A stretch of 64,000 nt of DNA from Callorhinchus milii (Eukaryota). This document shows positions 29,048-41,291 of this stretch, one piece after another. Location of the stretch: contig NW_024704743.1 of NCBI RefSeq assembly GCF_018977255.1, positions 80,292,001-80,356,000 on the forward strand, read 5' to 3'. The notes under the pieces are model-generated. The model saw only the letters and a program-made list of their open reading frames with translations, was not told the origin of the DNA and did no database searches. Position numbers and translations under genes: made by a program. How positions within the stretch are numbered: the stretch's first letter is position 1; each line of letters starts with the position of its first letter.

Positions 29048-29739
29048 GCAAACGGCACCCTTTACATTTTCTTTCATCTTCTCCCTTTTAAACCAACTTT
29101 TTTTTATAATACTTCACCAGAAACTTCTAATGAATAGGTGTCAAGCAAGGGGTATCTGTGCAGAGTCCTAAAATGTTACCTAGTCTTAGTTTTAGATCAT
29201 TTCGTTTTAATAATGTTTTTATCTGATATCACGCCTTACAGATCGGAAGGATGTCTCAAAATGCTTCACAGGATATACTTTAAAGTGGAGTGTGAAACCA
29301 ATATTTTGTGGAGTGTAAACCGTATATCCCACATATACAGGAAAAACTGGGAGAAAGTATAAGATTTTGGAAAATTCTTAAATTTCAATATTAATTTGGA
29401 AGCATGTTTTCTACTGTTCAGAAAAAGGAAACGGCTTCCACAATAAGACTGGATTTACAGATTTCTTATAATTCTATGCAATCGTGAATTTTAAGGCACA
29501 ATTGTCTTACAGGTTAAGACTAGTTAAGACTCGGTGGAAGTGGACTGCCTCACTAAACTTGGTAGCCAAGAGTTCTTCGGCACACAATGGCAAATAGTTT
29601 GAGCAAGGGTCACCGACATGTAAATGCATGCTTAACCGAACTTTGCAGCCAAGAGTTCTACACTACACAATAGCAAATAGTTTGAGCAAGTTTCACCTGG
29701 GTATAAATGCACTTTCCATTATACCTCATGAACCAACCC

Positions 29740-30520
29740 TCGTGGCAGTGATGTGGCTCTTATCTCCAGGTCTTCAATGGGTCTTTCCCTTTACTCCTCC
29801 GGATCTTTCCCCTCCTTCGAGCAACTCACTCTTTATCATTCCCTCCAAATCTTTCCCTTAACATTCTCATCATCTATCCTCTCCCTCCTGCACTTTCCTC
29901 TCCACCCTCCTCTCTTTCTTCTGCCTTTGTTCTGAACGCCTCCTCATTTTAAGCAACTGACATTAATCTCCACTTCACTCCTTGTTCCACCCCTGCTGAC
30001 TTCTCCTCTCTCCTTTCCTCTCCCAACCTTCCCTCTACATTTACTTCCCCACACACATCTATGGTCACCCCCTTGACCTGGTGATTACTTGGGGCCTCAC
30101 CGTATCAGGCATCACCATCACCAATAAAGCCATCTCGGACTATAACTTCATCTCCCTTAACTCTTCCATCCCTCTCCCTGTCACCCAACCCACTTCTATC
30201 TCCAACTGTCCCTTGAAAAAATCATCCCCACTCCCTTTCCATTGACTCTCTGCGCCTCCTTGGTCACTCTCCTCCACAACTCCCTCTCTGTTATCCTCAA
30301 TACCCTTGCCCGCATCCCCTCCCAAATGGCTTCCAACTCTTGCAATTCCCCCTAGTACAACACCACCTCCACTCCCTCAAGTTACCGATGGGTGCTACAC
30401 CCGGCACAAATCTAGTCTATTGATCCATCACCAGATTTGGCTGAACTGCATCAAAACCTATTGCTCCATCCTCACCTCAGCAAATTGTCCTTCTACTCCA
30501 ATGTCATACTGGAGGCCACG
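29740..30520 (+). mobile_element. Old L2 ORF2 endonuclease-region fragment
   Basis: Pyrimidine-rich; remnants of PTHIYGHPLDLVIT.GL and AISD, collinear with 54552-55200. Confidence 0.7.
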
Positions 30521-31215
30521 ATTTAGAACTTAATATTTAATTTAAAAATTGCTGTTAACACATTGTTCTTTTCAAAATAGGTTGGAAGTGACGTAACTGT
30601 GCAATTTTACAAAAAAAACTTTGAAACCTGAGCAGAGCTAATTTTATGAAGAAACCTCAAAACATAAGAATAACCTGACTTAGATAGTGGATATTTTGCA
30701 GCTGTTAAAATAGAGGTATAAAGCTAACACACTGGGATATGAAAATATAACCTGGCTGATATATGTCCCTCTTTTTAAAAAAATACAGTCTCATTGGTCT
30801 CCAATATGATTCATTTTGATCATAAATGTCACACCAGCAACCCCTGATAATGACACGTCCAACTGAAATCTCTTTTAAGTAGATTTTAAAATTGTATTTA
30901 CCATAAAAAGACAAAATCCAATATTAAGTAGAGCTGCCCAAGTAAAAGAACAGCTATCATGTTATATATTTATTATGTTTACTTTGCTTTTAGCTTTTTT
31001 GTTGGACACAATGTATTTACTCACTATTCCCAATACCATCACTGCTTTACAAGATCATATCACATCTGTCTTCAAAAACAACTTGGAGATTTTGAGGGAT
31101 GCTGTGCCACATAACTTCTTACTAGAGTTCTGGGGGGGTCTCTTGACAAAACTGAAAACTATGTTGAAGTGATTGTAAGCCAGTGAAATATTAAGAGTGA
31201 CATCCCTTAATTATT

Positions 31216-31525
31216 GAGTCCTGTAGCTCAGTGGTTAGAGCACTCGCCTTGCAAGTGAGACACCTGGGGTCAATTCCCAGCAGGGCGAAACCTTGGGCAA
31301 GTTTCCTTACTCCGCACGCCTAATAATAATCCCTCCAAAACAATAATAAATTGGTCATTTTCAATCCACGACTGTTTGTGGGACACTGCTGTGCGCAATT
31401 GGCTGCCACGTTTCGCCCACAAATATACAGTCAATTCACTTTACAGTATATTCTGTGAAGCGCTTTGAGACGTCTAGAAGACGTGAAAAGCGCTATATCA
31501 AATGCAAGGATTATTATTATTATTA
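31216..31525 (+). mobile_element. tRNA-Ala-derived SINE, short subtype, full length
   Basis: A box TAGCTCAGTGG, TGC anticodon-like loop, B-box-like GGTCAATTCCC, tail stem-loop and (ATT)n. Confidence 0.93.
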
Positions 31526-32759
31526 GTTAATTTTAAAGAATTCTGGAAGACTAGCATTGGATTAAGACTGGATTTAAGATTTTTCATACAAAATGGTCTC
31601 ACAGGCAAAGACTAGCTGGAATTTCAGGCCAAGAATCCAGTGTCTATTTTTATTTACAAACAACTTCCATTTATGCAGTGCCTTTCAAGTTGGATACCAC
31701 CTTGGTGCACTTCATAAGGATGGGGGTCAAATGAGAAGCAAGAAAGGGTGAGATGACTGTAGGCAAAGTTGAAGGTGTAGATTTTTGGCAGGATTTAAAG
31801 ATAGATAGAGAGTGGTTGAGATGGTGGAGTAAAGGGAGGGAGTTCCAGAATTTGGGGCATAGCTGCTAAAGGCTCAGCCACTGATGGTGGCATAGAGAGG
31901 GATGAGTTGAGTGAAAGGAGAGAGCGGACACTTGGGATAGGTAGGGAGGAGCTGGGGCTTGAACAGATTTATAGGTGAGGACCTTGAGGTCAACAGATGA
32001 CGTCTCAAAGTGCTTCAGCGAATATACTGTAAAGTGAATTGATTGTATATTTTGTGGGCGAGATCAGTCGATAAAATATCAATCCTGGAATATTCATTTG
32101 AAACTGGAGGCTTAACAAGTGCACTTTTCACAACTGGTCACTTTCAGCAGTTGTCAGCAAAGCACTGAACTTTGCGTTAAGAAAATACAGCTTTTACATC
32201 AGCTGCAATTCCAACACTTTCAAGCACTTTAATCCTTATAAACACAAATCTAATTTGCCAAGAAATGTTATGACGGGATTGGAACTACACTTGGAACACA
32301 ACTTCTACAGAGGACATTTTCTGTAAACTTCAACATGTTCATGGTCTGTTTGTTTTTGCAATGCTTGCAATTTGCTAGCTGACTAAAATGTTCTGGATGG
32401 TGAATATCTTGATTAATATTGCATTTCCATTATTGAAATGAGAAATAACTTGGATGGTACTTCGACAAAATGTAGCAGAGATATATATGTGCCTTTTAAC
32501 TTTTTGCTCGCTAGTCTAAATATTTGTAAAAGTAATGACAGACTCGGGAGAGAGAATGTGTCCAACTTTTGTTAGTCTAGTGAGGAGGATATCTAATCTC
32601 ATGAACAGTATGTGGAGGTGGGGAAGGGGGACCAAACCTGGTGATCCAATGGAGGGTGGGGAGGGAGCTATTCAGTGTGGTGAAAAACGCTTATGCCTCT
32701 TGCGAGGAGGCATCCAACCCACAATGTTTTGTTGTGAGGTGAAACTGAGCATTGTTGCT

Positions 32760-33805
32760 TTTATGGACCTCTCCCTGTCCACTGGTACTGTTCCCACCCA
32801 ATTAAAACCGCCGCCATCACTCCTATCCTTAAAAAACCCTCCTTAGACTCATCTCTACACCTAAACTACCACCCCATCTCCAACCTTCCTTTCCTCTCCA
32901 AGGTCCTGGAACGAGTAGTTGCTTCCTGGCTTCACTCCTTCCTCTCCCGCCACTCCCTTCACAAAGCCCTCCAATCAGGTCTCCGTGCCTCCCACAGCAC
33001 AGAAACAGCCCTGGTCAAAGTGACAAATGACATTCTGTCCATCTGCAACCAGGGTTCCCTCTGCCTCCTCATCCTCCCTCTCTGCTACCTTCAACACCGT
33101 TGACCACTTTATCCTCATCCATTGTGTCTCCTCTCACCTCAACCTTCATGGCTCTGTCCTTGACTGGTTCAAATCGTATCTCTCACATCCCCTCAACGTC
33201 ATCTCCACAAACAGCTTCTCCTCTATCCCCCATACCGTCTTGTGTGGCCTTCCTCAGAGCTCTATCCTTGGTCCCCTCATGACATTGAGGCTTGACTATG
33301 CAAACTCATTGCTTGTCGGCCTCCCTAACTCCTCCCTCCATAGGCTGCAGATCATCCAGAGCCTTCACCAGACTCCATGACCCTATCCTCCCTTCCTCAT
33401 CCGACTCCACTGGCTTCCCATCACACAGAGGATACAGTTCAAGATCCTGGTCCTCACCTTCAAAGCCTTCCATAGTCTTGCTCCCCCCTAACTCTGCAAC
33501 CTCCTAACCCCCTACCATCCTGCTTACTCCCCCCGCTCAGTGGGCTCTGGCCTGCTTCATGTCCCCCGCCTCGCTTGCCCCACTATCAGTGGGCGGGCCT
33601 TCTGTTACTCTGCCACCACCCTCTGGAACTCCATCCCACAGTCCCTCCACCTCGCCCTCTCCCTTGCCTCCTTCAAGACCCATCTCAAGAGCCTCCTCTT
33701 CAACCGTGCTTTCAATTTCCCTGCTTCCCCCCCTGCCCTCCATCCTCCCCGAACCCCAGCTCAGTCCAAAACTCTGCCTGTCCAGCACCTTGGCACGTCC
33801 TCCTC
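32760..33805 (+). mobile_element. L2 LINE ORF2 fragment with an internal deletion that removes YADD
   Basis: HSTETALVKVTNDIL and LPQSSILGPL are joined directly to RLDYANSLL. Confidence 0.88.
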
Positions 33806-35212
33806 TAATTAAAGAAGTGTAAACGTTTGTATGGTTCCTGTAGAGTAAACAAAGGCAAGTCTGTGGTTCATATCAGAAGCTGAGAGACAAAGGTCCAGTG
33901 AAAGTACTTTAAGTTCAAAATGTATGTAAGCTGTTTGAAAAGAAATATAATACCAGAAGAACGAAAGAGATTGCAAAGAAATCAGGGACTTGTACAATAT
34001 CCCTCATAAGATGGGTCAACACTTCAGAGATGATTACCTTCAAATGCTTCCATGGCTTTGTCCCATCTTATTGTCCTGCAATCCTACTCTCCACCCGCCA
34101 CCTCTGTTCAAACAACCATGGTCTGCTTCACATTCACCATCTGCTCTGCTCCCACAACTTTGAATCTCTTTTCTAAAATCCTTCCAGCTCGTTCCCTCAC
34201 TCTTTGCCTTCGAAATCTGTCAAAAAATATGTTTGCTGTGACTGTGCCTTTGGCTATCTTTCTTCTACCCTCCCCATCTCTCACCCAGCTATGGTTCCTA
34301 TTCTGTCATTGTAAACCACTTTGAGACATTCTCCTATGTGAATGGTTCTGTAAAAGTGCAAATTCTTGTTGTTGACATGCTGCTGGTTATCCAGTTAAGT
34401 CACGTGGTATTGTTCATACCTTCGGAAGGTTAATGTTGCACATAACAAGTGTGGCCTTTTTATAAGATCTGATGAAGAACTAAGAATTTTACCTGGATAT
34501 TAATATTTTATTTGAGATGATTGTTTTTGAATGAGCCTGTAAAAGCTTAATTGCAGTTAAAAAAGTAGTTTCATTTATCATATTATACTGTGTCTGTTCA
34601 GTTCTTTGTGCTGTTTTGAGAAGTAAAGAGTTGGCCTCTTTTCTCATTGCTGTTAGCCAGCCTCTGAACTGTTTACTTCCTGTCTCCTTATTCAATGAGA
34701 TAGAAAGAATGAATGAGGAGTGAGTGAGTCAAATCTTTTGCTGGTGCACCTCAGGATGACCTCTTAATGTAGAAAGTTAAGACTTCAATGAGTTTTGACA
34801 AGATGGATACAAAAGGTTGGCTAGTGATGCAGGAACCGGATTCAACATCTATTGTTAAACTATATACAGAGTCTGGATTAATAATTTAGTTCATTTCAAT
34901 TGAAGATTATTTGTAGGTCGATTCAGAGCCACTTGACATAGTTTTCACTCAATTGACAACAACATTCAATCCCTAAACAACTAAAAGAACCATCGCAATT
35001 CCATTGTCTTTATGTATTGGAGATAGTTCCTCCTTAGAACTCCTTTACATTCCCTACAGAAGCCAGGATGATTTTGTGAGGGGAGATGGTGGGGGAGTTC
35101 TATACCTTACCTTGTAGTGTACCAGGGAACATTCAATCCCTTGTTGTTTAGTGGGCAAGAGATAAATATTCCTATTTCTAGTCACTTAGGGAAACCTAAA
35201 CATTATGCTGCA

Positions 35213-35461
35213 CAAGGGTCTCCAACCGGTTGATTGCCACTAGGTGTCATCTCGCACATGCTCAATAAATACAAGAGGAAGGAGCATTATTTACCACAGT
35301 TAAACAATAAAGTTTATATTTTTATTTTGAGATGGATGATATACAAATGCATATTGTTTTGTTTTCAATTGGACTAAATAATTACACAGTCCTTCCCCTT
35401 GTCTTTTTGATCATGCGTGAGAGCACCACTTAGTGGCGATTGAACAGTTGGAGACCCCCTG
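35213..35461. mobile_element. ~250-bp hAT (Charlie-like) MITE
   Basis: About 50-bp imperfect TIRs beginning CA(A/G)GGGTCTCCAAC; TSD not clearly preserved. Confidence 0.75.
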
Positions 35462-36129
35462 CCCTGGATTATTGAAGCACTGCCTCCTAGATGACAGAAA
35501 TCTTATTTTACACGAATGTTGCTCTATAAATATAACAGTAATGACTTCAATAAGTAAGTAAGATTAAAAAATAGATTCTGTTTCGGTTTCACTATTATTG
35601 ACCATCGAGCTACACTGTACAACCATATCAACACTTACTTTTGTGCCCCTGGCAAAAAATCCAATTGTGTGCATGAGCCAAAGATTACTAAGAACAAGAT
35701 TTAGTTGCTCAGTTACAGCAAGCTCGAGCCCATAAGAGTCCCTTTCATTGTGTAGTGGACCAAAAAAAGTCAGAGGTATAGAAGTAATAAAACATTCTAA
35801 ATTATTAAAGGCAGCTAATTGGTAAAGTATTGATTCACAAATGCTATTCTGCACAATGTTGCAAGAGCTTGCATGCATGAGTGTTAATACCAGAGGTGCA
35901 TTACAGAACCACATGTACAAAATTCACCCACAAAGTACAGACACTTCACAATAAATCCTGTGAAGCGCTTTGAGGTGTTTTGGCATAGTAAGGTGCTATA
36001 TCAAATGCAGGGATTGTTTTATATTCATGCATTGAAGCTCTTGCAACGTTGTGCAGAATAGCATTGATGATATATTTTATTATTATATTCAATTATAAGC
36101 CTTGCAATCCAAAAGGTTTAAATCTTGGA

Positions 36130-36360
36130 TCAAAAAGACAATTTAGAAGGAGCTACTTCACTCAACAGGCAGTGAGATTGTGGAACTCGTTGCCTGAAGC
36201 AGTGGTTGAATCAGATAGTATAGATACATTTAAGAGGAAGCTAGACTTTCACTTGAGGGAGAGGGAAATATGGGATGGAGTTATGGGAGAGTGTAAGGAA
36301 TGGGTGGAGACTCATGTGGAGTATAACACTGGCCCAGACTGTACATTCCATTCTTTGTAA
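36130..36360 (+). mobile_element. CR1 LINE 3' end
   Basis: RRSYFTQQAVRLWNSLPEAVVESDSIDTFKRKLD, the CR1 ORF2 terminal motif. Confidence 0.88.
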
Positions 36361-36959
36361 ATCCTTGCATATAAACTGAAGTAAATGGCATTCCTTGTAA
36401 CCTAGTAATTTCATAAGAATAATTCTTGCATTTGATATAGCGCCTTATCACGTCATTGAAACATCTCAAAGAGCTTAACAGGGTAAACTGTAAAGTGGAG
36501 TAACTGGGTTTTGCGAGCAAACAACAATAGAAACCTGGCAGTGGAGGTTGCTTCACCTTCACACTACAGGCCATCACTGAACTGTAAGCACTTGTTGAAT
36601 TGCTTGCATTGCAATTATGAAAATTTTAAAGCCTTTGGAACTGAGCCTTTGGAACATTCTGATGAATTATCCTTAATAACTGAGGATACATTTGGCATGA
36701 GCCCTGAATAGGGAATTTTCTATGTTACCAATTTATCAGACACGTTCCCTCCAAGGAGAGACTGCACATTCTATTGGAATACACCGGAATCTCCAAATGA
36801 ATGGAACTCTCAGTTTGATTTGGATACCATTAAGCAGGGTGATGGGGTTTCGCATGTGTTAGACTCACCAAAAATCAGACACCGCTACATTAGAATATCA
36901 TGCTTCAATCTGTATGGGTGGATATGTAATGCACTGCTGGTATTATTACTTTTTTTTTG

Positions 36960-37470
36960 GTTAGCCAGGTGTCTGACACATGTAGAAATCCATCACGATG
37001 CTGAACACTATCCAAACCAAGCTGAGATTTCCATGCACCCATCTACACATGGAAACCCTAGAGATAGATTGTTGGAGTGGAATGCACATGGCCTCCCTGG
37101 AGGGACAAATCCTGCTTACCTAATTCCAGAAAGTATTAGGCACAGATTGACAAGAGTCAAGGCTTGGGGACACCTAGAATGTGGGTTGTCCGTAATATTG
37201 ATCTTGCCATTGACTTTGCTGTCCGGCAAGCTTGCTTGCTGCTTGTCCAGCCCGGACTGCCCTACCCATTAGAGCTTTGGCTCGCAGGGTTAATCGAAGC
37301 TGAGTGGGATGACTTCTGGGCCCAGTGCCAGCTCCTGTCAATGAGCCAGGCTGGCTGTTTTGTCAGTGCCGTGGAATACTGTGGACCCACCTGGCTCAAG
37401 AACCGGACTACCAAGACTACAGAGGATTGGCTCAATTCTGACATTCCATTGCCAGGCATGTCACCTTGGA
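36960..37470 (+). mobile_element. Highly diverged non-LTR RT fragment, Ingi/Vingi-like
   Basis: FVSAVEYCGPTWLKN..T...D.LN resembles the Ingi/Vingi motif (SAAEYCAPVW..S.HT..VD..LN); upstream LLEWNAHGL...NPAYL resembles W.G..L.....P.YL. Confidence 0.45.
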
Positions 37471-39389
37471 GCTAGTTCAGCTCCAAGGAGACCCAACTTA
37501 TCTCCCCCCAAGGAGGATAGTCACTAGTTGGTCGTTCGACAACCGACAAGCGTGGGTTTGAGCCCTGACTAGGTGGGTACAAGGAACTTCCTGCGATTAG
37601 CAGTCATGCACATAAGCTCTGGCAACAATGTGGAGTAGGATTGATAAATCAATATTTTACCAATTGGCTGTCTTTAATGTTTTATTAAATTGTATCCCTT
37701 TTATGCCTTTAGTCTATTTTTTTTGATCCACTACATAGGGGGTCTACTATGCAATGGAGCTTGCTGAAGCTGAACATAAAATTGATGTGAAGCATTAATT
37801 TTATTGCAAATCACATCAGTGTAAACTCTACTGTAGTCTAATCAATTACAGTCCTGAAATAGGTGTAATTTTTCATCTGGTAATAAAAGAAGCATTTGGA
37901 TTAGCTCTGTTGCCCAAATGGTTTGAAGAAACAAGTGTAATGATAGCTCTATATTACAATATAAAGAAATGAAAGCTACATACTTATTATGTTAATATTC
38001 TGAAGTATGGAACAGTATGTTTCAGCTTTGTTCAGTGCTATTTATCTTTAATCAGTGCTTGCCACATTTCTGCAAATTAACTCCAAGAATAATGATAATT
38101 ATTATACCCAAAGCTTGCACGTCAAAGTCTTAATGGAATATGTTAGATAATTACTTCAAGTTTAATATCTGGCAATCTGTTTTACTGCTTCCCAAAGACT
38201 GTGCATCTTGAATAATATTTATCACTTGCAGTGGGAAACTTTTTATCTGCAATTTTAAAGGGCAATGGAGCCCATGCTCCACCCATACCCCAGGAACGAA
38301 AGTAAACAAACCTATTATCAATATACTGAAATGTATAGTTGGAAGAAAAAGTGTCAACTCCTCCCTTCACTGCAGAGAGTATTACTTCATTGAAGGCTGA
38401 AGGACTTTTCATTGTCTGAGAAATGAGCGGCTTAATCATTTTTTAGTGAGGCCTGAAATTGCTCGCTATTACAATGGCATGCCTGTCAGTCCACCACTAT
38501 GTCTGAAATTGAGATGGATAATGAGCCTCACTATCTTGCCTGCATGGGTGCAATTGGATAATACACCAAATTAGCAGAAACAAAAAAAAATGTTTTGTTT
38601 GAATTTCAAGATTGTTTCCCACAGCAATAGTAAAGAAGAAATTAATACAGTTTGCTTCGTCAGCTTTATTTCAACACATTTTATTGGAGCGGTTCTGTAG
38701 TATGTCTTGCATTGGTATGTGCCCCGCTTTTGGCTCCCATTTAATTTGCATGTAGTTTCAAGTAATGAGTTCAGAAAGAAAACCTATGACAATTCTTACA
38801 GATACACCAAGCGGAACAAGAGCACATAAGTTCAGGATTACATTTGTTTCACCCACAAATATACAGTCAACTCACTTTACAGTATATCCTGTGATGCGCT
38901 TTGAGACGTCTAGAAGACGTGATAAGGCACTACATCAAATGTAAGGATTATTATTATTAAAGGGTAGTTTTAGGACAGGTGCTAGGAAGTATTTCCTTAT
39001 CCAGAGGGTAAATAATGACTGGAATGGATTGCCATTCAGGAATGGTAGTTGAGGTCAGGCAAGCATTTTATGGAATTTAGCCTTATCTTGATTCATAAGT
39101 AATGATGCCTTTCATCAGGACTTGTTGCTTTTGGTTTGCAGTAATGGAAAGGGATTTGCAATCTTGCTGTCATGGTTCAGAGTGAAAAGAAGGGGAGAGG
39201 GGTACAGAAACATAAAGGTGAGAAGATATCATGGTGAAAGGGTAAGTTTTCTGGTAAGGTGCACAACCCTGCACTGAGTCAAAACAGCACTGGGAAGATG
39301 TCATATATACACCTGGGACTTTGGCAGGTGAAAACTAAACCAGTAAGGTTATTGATGCTTATGTTCTTATGTTCTTATTCTATGCAAAC

Positions 39390-39625
39390 ACTATTTCAGT
39401 GAGCGAATAGTGAACCTGTGGAACAGGCTCCCTAGGGAGACGATTGAAGCAGGAAGTGTTGATTCTTTCAAACACAGATTAGATAGATTTCTTTTAGGAA
39501 ATAACATTATGGGATATATTACATGGGTAGTTTGGGACATATGTGCATGTGACTGCCAGGAAGGTGGAAGGTGAACTAGATAGACCTTGGTCTTTTTCCA
39601 TCGAGCATTTCTTATGTTCTTATGA
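39390..39625 (+). mobile_element. CR1 LINE 3' end with (TTCTTATG)n tail
   Basis: FSERIVNLWNRLP..TIEAGSVDSFKHRLDRFL plus an octamer tail. Confidence 0.85.
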
Positions 39626-41146
39626 TGCAAAGGAGTACAAACATATTACTTTGTGAATATCAGAATATTGACAAGCAATGCATTGTTAGAAACATAAAAT
39701 ATGGCTCCAGTACAAAAGCAAACAATGAATAGACAACGTCACAGGAATGCATCTGTGTTCAAAAGGAAGCCTGGAAAGTATCAATGAATATCAACGAAAG
39801 GCCTTTAGGAATACAATGGAAGGTGCTTTTTTGGTCAGCCAGGTATCTGACAAACTCATCTCCATGTTTAAGAATATCCATACTAGATTGATTGCCCACA
39901 TGTATATATGCCTTACAGGGAGAAATTTTCTTGTATCTGGAATAGAATGAGCACTCTCTCCCTAGAGGGATGCACTCTGCTTATTTAATTCAGGAGAGTA
40001 TTAGTCGAAAATTGGTGAGAGCGAACCCAAGGGAAAATACCAGGTTATCACTGTGATGTGAGCGAGAACAACAAAACAAAGGATACTCGGTAACAAACAG
40101 GCAAAGCCATCGTTATTATACAGCACTTGTGCCTTAGTGAGTGTGCATGTATTTGTAATTGGCACTGACTGTTGAAATTACAAGAGCATGTTAGATGAAG
40201 AAGGCACTTTGGCCCATTTCATCTCATCCTTCCAGAATACCCTCTACCATTCCTCCTATCACACTATGTTACTTAAATGCTACTTACTTCTGAGTGTGGG
40301 TTGGGGTATGCCCGCATACATACATGGATCACACGCTGCACCCCCATCTCACCAGTTCTGGCCAGGCTCCATTGGCTCCCCATCACCGAACGGATCAGCG
40401 CCTTGGGACGTCCTCCTGACGTGAAAGGCGCTTTATAAATGGAATCTTGTTGTTGTTGTGGATCCACTTCAAGATCCTCACTCGTGTTCAAATCCTGTCG
40501 CTCCCTAGCACCTCCCTACCTTTGCAGTTTGCATCTAAAACAGTTACTCAATTAGATGGGTTTACAGGCAATTGTCAATATGTGGTGGAATCAACTCCAA
40601 TTCCATATCAAGTGGGCCAAATAAAATGGCCATGTATTTTGATGAACACTCCAGACAATTTAAACATATTGGGGAATAAAATGACAAACCATGGAGCTGT
40701 TTATACAATAAAAAACAAGGCATATGGTTTGAAGAAATTGTTAACGCCTGACAATGTTAACATTGCTCATGTATTAACCACTAATATTGTTGTTTTCACA
40801 AATCACAAACACGATTGCGGAAAGTTAGCAGGATAGGTTAACATTACTACCACTAATACAATCAGTGACACAAGTGTATAAGATGGATCAGTATTAATTG
40901 TCCGTCTCGCTCAATGGAAAGGAAGGCAAACAGAAATCTCAGGAATAAAAACCTGTAGATTTAAAATTTGCCGAAGGAAATAATACAAACTATTAGAATT
41001 TCAGGAATAAAAACCTATAGATTTAAAATTTTTCCAAGACAATGATGTGAAAATAGCTAAACAAACTATTGAAGAACTAAATTCTCAGGTTGTCGTGAAT
41101 AATCAATATTCAAGGCATGTATCAAATTTAAGTGTTAAATATAAGA

Positions 41147-41291
41147 GAGTTGAAAGAAACTCAAATGGAGTTGAAAGGAAAAATTGGAGTTGAAAGAAGC
41201 TCAAATGGAGTTGAAAGAAACTCAAAACGAGTTGAAATAAACTCAAATGGAGTTGAAAGAAGCTCAGATAGATTTGAAAGAAACTCTGGAT
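41147..41291 (+). repeat. Seven tandem ~21-bp units GAGTTGAAAGAAACTCAAATG encoding ELKETQM heptads
   Basis: Units start at 41147, 41168, 41187, 41208, 41229, 41250 and 41271; one is 19 bp and one contains a stop. Confidence 0.9.

Noticed and set aside
31216..31290. tRNA-Ala genes (also at 44166, 47006, 16020, 21521, 15177)
   Set aside because: These are SINE heads: no proper acceptor stem, followed by SINE body and tail, and the anticodon-like triplet varies among copies (TGC, CGC, GGC, AGC).
41147..41291. CRISPR-like array (GTTGAAAG motif, palindromic units)
   Set aside because: Units are contiguous with no unique spacers, there are no cas genes, the context is vertebrate, and the period equals a coding heptad.
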